A DNA stretch of 13,210 nt from Nitrospinota bacterium. GTDB lineage: Bacteria > UBA8248. Of this stretch, positions 6,491 to 13,210 are shown piece after piece. Location: assembly GCA_030754595.1 (NCBI GenBank), contig JASLZZ010000005.1:1-13210 (forward strand), written 5' to 3'. The position numbers and the translations under genes were made by a program. Position 1 is the first letter of the stretch, and each line of letters begins with the position of its first letter. The notes under the pieces were generated by a model. The model was not told where the DNA came from. It worked only from the letters and a program-made list of their open reading frames with translations, and did not search any database.

Positions 6491-8055
6491 CCGGCAAACT
6501 CCTTAAGCGCGGCCGCGGCTGACAGGCATGCCTCTACATGCGTATCCGCGACCAAAGCCCCGGCCTCCGCCAGTTTGACGCGCTGGGCTTTCAGATCCTG
6601 CGGATCGCCTCTAGTCCCCGTCACGGAACCGACAAACAAAACGTCTGGACTCGAAATCAGCGCCTTTTCAATCGCTTTTGCCACCTCCCCCGCCGGATTT
6701 TCATGCGAACCCAATCCCAAAACCACATCAAAGAGCACCACAGCCGTTTCGGAATCCTCAGCTTCTTGAATGAGCCTGGCGTTTCTCGGCTCGGGATCGA
6801 CCATGGGATGGGGTTTTCCCCGGGTGAAAAAGTCATCGCCCAAATCTACCACCGAATGGCCTTCCGACTTCATGGGATCCGCCATCATCCCATTGATTTT
6901 ATTGATTGGCGCATTTGAACGGATACCCGAAACTGTCCTTCCGATGACTGCCTGCGCTTCGGCGCACAGCGTCCCGCCCGTATAGACGCCCCGCAGGAAT
7001 CGCCTACTCTTCGCGCATCGCCGGCCCCATTCGGAAATCCTTTTTGACGATTCTGGGCCGAATTCAAATGTCTCTACAACACCCGGCCGGCCGGCTAGTA
7101 AAACCGAAAGTCTCCCTGCGGCGGCCAACGAATCTGCCTCGTAAAGATGGGAAAATTTGCCGACCCACCGGCGGATTTCCCCGGTCCGGACCCCGACAAA
7201 GTGTATAACTATCGGCTTTCCGCACCTGGCGGCCGCTTCGAGCACTTTCTCCATCGCCACAGCCTCGGGGGGTTTTCCCAGTATCAACAGAACCTCCGTG
7301 CCCGAATCTTTCGCGAGCATCTCGATGGACTGAATCATGGCAAGGCCGCCCACGGCGTCGGAAACATCCCGCCCCCCGGTGCCCAAGGCGCATGAAATTC
7401 CGCCACCCGCCGCGTCAATAGCGGCCATGACTTCCTGAATGCCCGTCCCGGCCGCGCCTACGATTCCGATTTTCCCCGGCCGCATTACATTGCAAAAACC
7501 GAGTCCAACGCCTCCGATATGAGCCGTTCCGCAGTCGGGGCCCATTACCAGCAGGCCCTTCTCCCGGCCCATTCGCTTGAGCGCCACCTCGTCCTCGACG
7601 GAGACGCTATCGCTAAAGATCAGGCAATGAAGGCCTTTTCGGAGCGCACGCTCCGCCTCGCGGCGTACGTTCGGTCCGGGAATCGAAAAAAGAGCGAGAT
7701 TGATCTGGGAATCTTTTCCCAATGCGGCGTCCAGGGTCGGTACGGGGAAATTCGTAAATACTCCTGCTCCTCCGCCGGATCGAGGTGTACTCAGGTCCGC
7801 TTCCATGGAAGCCAGCAGATCTTCCGCCACCTGTGCACTGTCCGCCTCTACAGCCAGGACAAGATCGTTCGGTCCTGCATGATCCGCCTGGCCGGCAAGC
7901 AGGCCTCCCTGGGCAAGCAGTTCGCGGTTCATTGGGGTTCCCAAAACTGCCACTGCCTGCCGAATACCCGGTTTCTCCCAGGGGGCAGCGCTGACACGCA
8001 TCAGCTTCACCGAATCGTGGTATACACCTGACAATACGCGAACAGCTACCGCCAT
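6487..8055 (-). CDS. fdrA: FdrA/YahF-family acyl-CoA synthetase-like protein (succinyl-CoA ligase fold)
   Basis: Motifs YHDSVKLM, GTPMNRELL, LLVMGPDCGTA, GIVGAAGTGIQEV, GTGGRD.S..VGG, GVYTGGTLCAEA, DLGDDFFTRGKPHPMVDP, DVVLGLGSH and GT..DPQ. A GGAG SD lies upstream of the ATG at 8055. Confidence 0.93.
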   Translation of the reverse strand: MAVAVRVLSGVYHDSVKLMRVSAAPWEKPGIRQAVAVLGTPMNRELLAQGGLLAGQADHAGPNDLVLAVEADSAQVAEDLLASMEADLSTPRSGGGAGVFTNFPVPTLDAALGKDSQINLALFSIPGPNVRREAERALRKGLHCLIFSDSVSVEDEVALKRMGREKGLLVMGPDCGTAHIGGVGLGFCNVMRPGKIGIVGAAGTGIQEVMAAIDAAGGGISCALGTGGRDVSDAVGGLAMIQSIEMLAKDSGTEVLLILGKPPEAVAMEKVLEAAARCGKPIVIHFVGVRTGEIRRWVGKFSHLYEADSLAAAGRLSVLLAGRPGVVETFEFGPESSKRISEWGRRCAKSRRFLRGVYTGGTLCAEAQAVIGRTVSGIRSNAPINKINGMMADPMKSEGHSVVDLGDDFFTRGKPHPMVDPEPRNARLIQEAEDSETAVVLFDVVLGLGSHENPAGEVAKAIEKALISSPDVLFVGSVTGTRGDPQDLKAQRVKLAEAGALVADTHVEACLSAAAALKEFAG

Positions 8056-8081
8056 TTCATTTTCTCCACTTCATCCGAAAC

Positions 8082-8801
8082 CTAATTCTCTATCATCGCC
8101 ACCGCACGAATGGGGGAGCCCGAAATGCCGCGGAACTTGATGGGGAGCACCGAAATTTTAAAACCGTGCGGCTTAGGAATTAGATGTAAATTCACCAAAT
8201 TTTCGATATGGCAGTACTCCTTTTCGAGCATGACTCGGTGGGCTTCCCAGTATCGCCGGGTTTCGTGCATTTTCCAAATCGGGACATCCCATCCGCTCCC
8301 GTCGATTCCCATCACGTAGATGCCGTTGTCGATCAAGTAGTGGGTCGCCTCAGCGCTCATACCCGGCTGGTTCTTCGTGTAATCCGGGTTCGTCTGCCAG
8401 TCCAGGCTTGCATCGGTGCGGATCAATACAATGTCTAAAGGCTTGAGGGTATAGTCGATTTTTTTTAGGACAGCTTCCACATCTGCCGCCACGATCTCGT
8501 AACCGTGTTCCTTGTCGGTAAAATCTAAAATGACCCCGTCCGAAATACACCATTCAATCGGAATCCGTTCAGTCGTAAATCCGTCAGGATTATTATGCCA
8601 GGGGGAGTCGATGTGTGTCCCGGTATGGTCGCTCATAAATATTACGCAATGGTTCGTAACTATGTCGGCGCCATAGTTAATAGCACCGGTCCGTCGGGCC
8701 ACGGTATCCCAGTCTTCATCAACGGTGAGGGATGGGCCTGGAAGATCGGGATAAATCGGCATATCCCGATATATTTCCATACTCAAATCGATCAATTCCA
8801 T
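8082..8801 (-). CDS. Cyclase family (kynurenine formamidase/isatin hydrolase-like) metal-dependent amidohydrolase
   Basis: IDLS start, metal-binding HTGTHIDSPWH (HxGTHxDxPxH), GID, EAH, HIENL.NL and SPIRAVA. The ATG at 8801 (MELIDLS) has an AAGGAG SD at 8816-8811, so it is preferred to the ORF-track start at 8843. Confidence 0.92.
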   Translation of the reverse strand: MELIDLSMEIYRDMPIYPDLPGPSLTVDEDWDTVARRTGAINYGADIVTNHCVIFMSDHTGTHIDSPWHNNPDGFTTERIPIEWCISDGVILDFTDKEHGYEIVAADVEAVLKKIDYTLKPLDIVLIRTDASLDWQTNPDYTKNQPGMSAEATHYLIDNGIYVMGIDGSGWDVPIWKMHETRRYWEAHRVMLEKEYCHIENLVNLHLIPKPHGFKISVLPIKFRGISGSPIRAVAMIEN

Positions 8802-8864
8802 TTTGGAAGTCTCCTTTTGGCTAAGAAACGATTCCCAGAACATGTGTCCAATTATCCAGCACGG

Positions 8865-11800
8865 TCACCTTGACGGCCGCACCGAAGAATAATTCACCCC
8901 GCGATCAAAGAAAGCGGGAATCCCTCGCCGGGCCCGGATCGAATCTCGAAGCGAGGCGGTCGCATTCTCGTCAACTTCGAGAGATTCCTCATTCCGGAAC
9001 ACGACCCCATAGTCGCGGCCCGCGCCTTCGGCGCTTACCTTTCCCCAGAGAACGTCCCGGCTAACCAGATCTACCTCGCGCTCGAGCGGATCGCCCCACC
9101 CGCCACCACCCGTGGTGACCACGCGAATTAAATCCCCTTCAGCGATCGCGACACGATTGCTGAGGGCGGGGACCCCGCGCTCATCGGGCCGACCTGGGTT
9201 TACCGTAACTCGGTAGAGCCCGCCCGCACCGCCACCATTCGTTCCCCAGGGGGCTAGAAACGACCGGTCGGCGTTGCTCAAGGCCTCGCAGTCACAAAGC
9301 ACCCTAACCTCCTTGAAGTAGCCCAATCCTCCGCGCCACTTTCCCGGCCCGCCGGAATCGCATGCAAGCCCGAGACGCTCCACCCGTACAGGGAAGCGCC
9401 CCTCGCTAAACTCGGCGGGAAGATTCCGGCTGTTGGGAACGACGTGAATCACGTCCTCACCATCCCCCCAGGGGCGACCGCCCGAGCCGCCTCCCAGAAT
9501 TTCCCGGAAAAGGAAAAACTTCCCTTGCTCGTCGTGGCCGTGGATTCCCCAGTAGCGAATGGTTTCTTGATCGGCCGGCATGGCCCCTTTCGTCGCGAGA
9601 CCCAACACACCGCAGAACAGGCTCAACAGGCGTAGTATGGTAAAGGTCCGCATATTCGTGGGAGCCGGAAACACAGGCGTGATCAGGGTGCCGGGCTCCG
9701 GGAAACGGATATCGATCAACCGGCAGATTCCTTCGTTGATGTCGATCTCGAACATTCGCTCGTAGCTGTCGGCCAGATTCCGGAGAATGGGGCCGATCCA
9801 TTTTTTTAAAAACTGCCCGTCGGAATAATTGCCCGGCCAATTGATCGGCCCCATCGCCTGGGAAGAGGTGCCTTGAAAATCGAGAAGCAGGCGACCGCTA
9901 ATTTTCGTCATCTTCAATTTTAGGGTGTGGATTCTACCCGCCTCCACCCCGTCGGATTCAATGTAATCTTCCCATTCGTATTCACCGTCGGGAATTTTCG
10001 AAATGAGTTCCTCCCGAATCGTGTGCTCGCATTTATCCAAAAAACCCTCGAAACATTGAATTGCCGTATTTCTGCCGAATCGCTCGAAAAGCTCAATCAC
10101 GCGGGCGGCGCCCACCCGGCAGGCAGCGATTTCGGCGTCGATGTCTGCCTGAAGGTGTTCGGAGAGGCGGCTGTTTCGGAAAATTACCGTATAGAGGTCT
10201 TCGTTCCGGACCCCTTTATCGTAAAGCTTGACCGGGGGGACCAGCAGGCCTTCTTGGAATATTTCCGTCGCGTTCGTCGGAAGGCTGCCCGGAATCATCC
10301 CGCCGATATCGTCATGATGCCCGAACACCAGCGCAAATGCGACGATTTCATCTTCATGGAAAATTGGAATGCACGAACACAAGTCGGGCAGGTGGCCGAT
10401 GCCGCCCTCGGCAAGATACACATCGTTCCAAATGAACACATCCCCCGGACAGATTTCATCGACGGTCCATTTTTTAAAAATCGGATCCACCACGGCGGAA
10501 TAGGACCGCCCGGTGAGCTTTCGGCCTTCACGGTCGAACAGGCCTACCCTGTAATCGTGCATATCCCGAATGAGGGGAGAGCGCGCGGTCCGCTCGACCA
10601 GGTCTTCCATCTCGCGCTCCGCCGCATAAAGAGCTCCTTCAATAATTTCCTGAACAACGGGGCCCGGTTCATTTTCCGATTGGCCGCCGTTATTTGCGGA
10701 CCTCGTCTCTCCCTTTTCTCCAGCCGGCAGCGAAATTCGCAAATTCCCCCACTCGTCGATCCCGCACCGGCTTCCGGGTAAAATCACCGTAGTGGCTCCG
10801 AAATCCTCGACGATGGTGGGCCCTTCGACTCGATCTCCTTTGCCGAGCCTGGCGCGGTCGTATACGGGGGTCTCGACAAAACCCAACGAGGCGAAATACA
10901 CCGGCCGCTCGCCGGTTCGCGCCGGTTCCGCTCCTTTTCCTTCAGCTATTCGCTTCATTGGCGCTTTTTTCATCTCACCAATCGCGGTGAGCCTGAGGTT
11001 CACCATTTCCACCGGCGTCTGGCTCTCGTAGTTAAAGCCGAATTGTGCTTTGTATTCCTCATGAAATCGGTCAACCGCGAGACGGGTGACTTCGGCAAAC
11101 GTCCCGGCCGGCGAAATATCTACGCGCATCTCTTGCCCCTCACCGAAATAGCGCATATCCACGGACCGGACGAAAACGCGGGAAGCGGAGTCCACCAGTT
11201 CCACCTTTAAATCGGCATCGGCTTCCTCTTCCATTTTATGAAACTCGTTTTCAATCCGCTCCGGGGAAATTTCGTCCATCCGGGTGATGAAAGTCTTGAC
11301 GTAATCGTTTCGAAGGTCCACTTCGACGAGACCGACCGAGCTCCCGCATCCGGGCTGTGGCGGGACAACGATTTCCCGCACACCCAGAACTTCGGCGATG
11401 TCGGCGGCCATCAACGGACCCGCCCCGCCGAATGCCACCAGGACGAACTCCCGGGGATCCTTGCCTTGGTTCACCGTCATTTTCCGAATGGCGAGGGCCT
11501 GGTTCCATGCCGCCACCTCGATAATCCCGCGCGCCGCCTCCTCGGGACCGAGCCCTTGCTTTTCCGCGATGGTACGAATTCCCATTTCGGCGAGGGCTTT
11601 GTCCAGGGACAGACTTCCACCCGCCAGGGATTGAGGTAGCCGTCCAAGGAACAGCTGCGCGTCGGTCACGGTGGGTTCCTCGCCACCCTTGCCGTAGCAC
11701 ATGGGACCCGGGTTCGCCCCCGCGCTACGCGGGCCCACCTGAAGCCGGCCATCGGTATTCATCCAGGCGACGGACCCGCCACCCGTTCCCACGGCAACGA

Positions 11801-12800
11801 TATCGATCATCGGAACCTTGACGGTGTGCTCGCCGATTTTCGAGTTGGTTGTGAAGCGCGGATTTCCGTTCTCAACGACGGAAACGTCGGTCGAGGTTCC
11901 ACCGGCATCGAACGTGATAATTTTCGAGAGGCCCGCCTCGCGGGCGAGCGCCGAACAAGCCAGTACTCCCGCCGCCGGCCCGGATAAGGCTGTCGTCAGG
12001 GGGCGGCCCGCAATCTTGCCAGCTCCCATCACGCCGCCATTGGACTTCATCACGAGAAACGGCGTTTCCGGCGTAAGGGTCTCGCGAATGCGGGTCTCCG
12101 CCCGGTCGATGTAGCCTTTGATAACCGGCTTGCAGGCAGCGTCCATCAGGGTGGTCAGCGCCCGCTCGTATTCCTGGTATTCCGGCAATACATCGGATGA
12201 AAGCGACACATGGCACTCTGGATATTCTTCCGAAAATATTTGCCGGAGGCGGATTTCGTGCGCGGGATTCACATAGGAATGGAGCAAGCACACCCCGGCC
12301 GTCTCGACCCCCATTTTCCGTAACCGACGGGCCGCGCTCCGCGCGGAGGCTTCATCGAATTCCTTGAGTTCCTTTCCTAAATAATCGAAACGCCCGCCAA
12401 CCTCCATGACCCTCGAAACGGGAACCAAGCGTGGCGGCTTCACCCAAAAAAAAGAATTGCCGTATCCGTCCGGGACGCTCTGCCTCGCGATTTCCAGGAG
12501 AAACCGGAAACCCTCGCTCACCACTAGGCCCATGTTGTGGTCTTCCCGCTCCAGCAGGGAGTTCGTGGCGACGGTCGTTCCGTGGATGAAAGCAGATACG
12601 GCCGAAGGCGCCGCCGCTCCTTTTTCGAGAATCACCCGGATTGCGGAAAGCAGGGATTCGGCTGGATCCCAGGGAGTGGAAGGGACTTTATCCGAAAAAA
12701 CCTCTCCGTCCTCTTCCCGGACGGCCACCACATCGGTAAACGTGCCGCCCGTGTCCACGCCAATTCGGAATTTCGAGTTCGAATTCACGTGTTTCCCCAT
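8865..12800 (-). CDS. Fused hydantoinase A + hydantoinase B / oxoprolinase family ATP-dependent cyclic amide hydrolase
   Basis: A half: IGVDTGGTFTD, HGTTVATN, EYER, SGPAAGV, DAGGTSTD, GTGGGS, VGPRSAGANPGPMCYG, TVTDA, AFGGAGPL. B half: RTARSPLIRD..D, GHLPD, GHHDDIGG..PGS, EIFQEG, GGGSGGR, DSGGPGKWRGG, GGGGWGDPLER. The ORF-track start at 12839 is TTG. ATG 12800 or GTG 12788 is more plausible. Confidence 0.93.
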   Translation of the reverse strand: MGKHVNSNSKFRIGVDTGGTFTDVVAVREEDGEVFSDKVPSTPWDPAESLLSAIRVILEKGAAAPSAVSAFIHGTTVATNSLLEREDHNMGLVVSEGFRFLLEIARQSVPDGYGNSFFWVKPPRLVPVSRVMEVGGRFDYLGKELKEFDEASARSAARRLRKMGVETAGVCLLHSYVNPAHEIRLRQIFSEEYPECHVSLSSDVLPEYQEYERALTTLMDAACKPVIKGYIDRAETRIRETLTPETPFLVMKSNGGVMGAGKIAGRPLTTALSGPAAGVLACSALAREAGLSKIITFDAGGTSTDVSVVENGNPRFTTNSKIGEHTVKVPMIDIVAVGTGGGSVAWMNTDGRLQVGPRSAGANPGPMCYGKGGEEPTVTDAQLFLGRLPQSLAGGSLSLDKALAEMGIRTIAEKQGLGPEEAARGIIEVAAWNQALAIRKMTVNQGKDPREFVLVAFGGAGPLMAADIAEVLGVREIVVPPQPGCGSSVGLVEVDLRNDYVKTFITRMDEISPERIENEFHKMEEEADADLKVELVDSASRVFVRSVDMRYFGEGQEMRVDISPAGTFAEVTRLAVDRFHEEYKAQFGFNYESQTPVEMVNLRLTAIGEMKKAPMKRIAEGKGAEPARTGERPVYFASLGFVETPVYDRARLGKGDRVEGPTIVEDFGATTVILPGSRCGIDEWGNLRISLPAGEKGETRSANNGGQSENEPGPVVQEIIEGALYAAEREMEDLVERTARSPLIRDMHDYRVGLFDREGRKLTGRSYSAVVDPIFKKWTVDEICPGDVFIWNDVYLAEGGIGHLPDLCSCIPIFHEDEIVAFALVFGHHDDIGGMIPGSLPTNATEIFQEGLLVPPVKLYDKGVRNEDLYTVIFRNSRLSEHLQADIDAEIAACRVGAARVIELFERFGRNTAIQCFEGFLDKCEHTIREELISKIPDGEYEWEDYIESDGVEAGRIHTLKLKMTKISGRLLLDFQGTSSQAMGPINWPGNYSDGQFLKKWIGPILRNLADSYERMFEIDINEGICRLIDIRFPEPGTLITPVFPAPTNMRTFTILRLLSLFCGVLGLATKGAMPADQETIRYWGIHGHDEQGKFFLFREILGGGSGGRPWGDGEDVIHVVPNSRNLPAEFSEGRFPVRVERLGLACDSGGPGKWRGGLGYFKEVRVLCDCEALSNADRSFLAPWGTNGGGAGGLYRVTVNPGRPDERGVPALSNRVAIAEGDLIRVVTTGGGGWGDPLEREVDLVSRDVLWGKVSAEGAGRDYGVVFRNEESLEVDENATASLRDSIRARRGIPAFFDRGVNYSSVRPSR

Positions 12801-12917
12801 CAGTAAATAAACTTCTTCCGTGTTTTTTTCAAAATGCAATCATCCGTTTTGCCCATAGTGGTTATTGCCGCCGCAAATCCTGGAAACCAGAACGACAGAC
12901 CCCGAAATTTCTTTTGG

Positions 12918-12992
12918 AATCCATGTAACATACTGGACCTAATTACCAAAATTTGGAATAAAATAGTGAGAAAATCCACGTAACATACTGGA
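12918..12992. repeat. Two direct copies of a 20-bp quasi-palindromic box (candidate operators)
   Basis: AATCCATGTAACATACTGGA (12918-12937) and AATCCACGTAACATACTGGA (12973-12992) are 19/20 identical with a 55-bp period. Each is TCCA-N10-TGGA with an inner GTA-N3-TAC. Confidence 0.85.
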
Positions 12993-13027
12993 ATCGGAAT
13001 TATGCGGCAACGCCCCCAATTTAGCAA
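12982..13027 (-). promoter_or_regulatory. Candidate sigma70-type promoter(s) for the operon
   Basis: Minus strand TTGCTA(13027-13022)-N17-CATAAT(13004-12999). An overlapping alternative is TTGCCG(13010-13005)-N17-TATGTT(12987-12982). Motif match only. Confidence 0.45.
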
Positions 13028-13210
13028 AATCCGACCTTATTTTCCTTCCTCGGCGGTGCTTCTCACGGAGATGGCCATCAAGTGCGCTGAAAGATCCCTC
13101 TGAGGCGGCTCCTATAGTCAAAATCACGGTGCACAAGCAGTATTCTCCATTTCAGGGCGCGGTGGTTCCCTCTCCTCCTGACTCAACACCCCCTGATGCC
13201 CTCATCAGCC

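Noticed and set aside
9927..10781. 284-aa plus-strand ORF and the other plus-strand ORFs
   Set aside because: They are antisense shadows of well-supported minus-strand genes in moderately GC-rich DNA and show no recognisable motifs.
12918..12992. Mini-CRISPR array (two repeats with a 35-bp spacer)
   Set aside because: There are only two 20-bp units, shorter than typical CRISPR repeats, and no cas genes. Their position over a promoter fits operators better.
12800..13136. Short minus-strand ORFs 12800..13027 and 12939..13136 as leader peptides or a regulator
   Set aside because: They have no recognisable domain or convincing SD, and they run across the AT-rich promoter and operator-like boxes.
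13140..13210. Hammerhead-like CTGATGA...GAAA on the minus strand at the right edge
   Set aside because: The stem II register does not fit the consensus (AGGGC/GCCCT would consume the conserved A). CTGATG pairs better with the nearby CATCAG, and any 5' part lies outside the window. An Infernal/Rfam search on extended sequence would settle it.

Overview
Bacterial accessory region in which every credible gene lies on the minus strand. Read in the direction of transcription (right to left), it starts with an AT-rich promoter region carrying two near-identical 20-bp operator-like boxes. An apparently intact four-gene operon follows: a fused A+B hydantoinase/oxoprolinase-family ATP-dependent amidohydrolase, a metal-dependent cyclase/kynurenine-formamidase-family hydrolase, an FdrA/YahF-like protein and a DUF1116 (YlbE/YahG-like) protein. 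Downstream everything is damaged: a carbamate kinase with a 1-nt frameshift, an in-frame chimera of an integrase-core transposase fragment with the C-terminus of a peptide-ABC ATPase, an allophanate hydrolase (AtzF-like) split by one in-frame TAA in its linker, an internally deleted IS3-family element, and an IS1380-family transposase pseudogene that runs off the left edge. The most interesting signal is the operon itself. It places the FdrA/DUF1116/carbamate kinase carbamoyl-transfer module, known from E. coli anaerobic allantoin use, behind two ring/amide-cleaving enzymes instead of allantoin genes. This suggests an uncharacterised catabolic route for a cyclic amide/ureide. The substrate cannot be determined from sequence, and all family calls come from motif recognition, not database searches.
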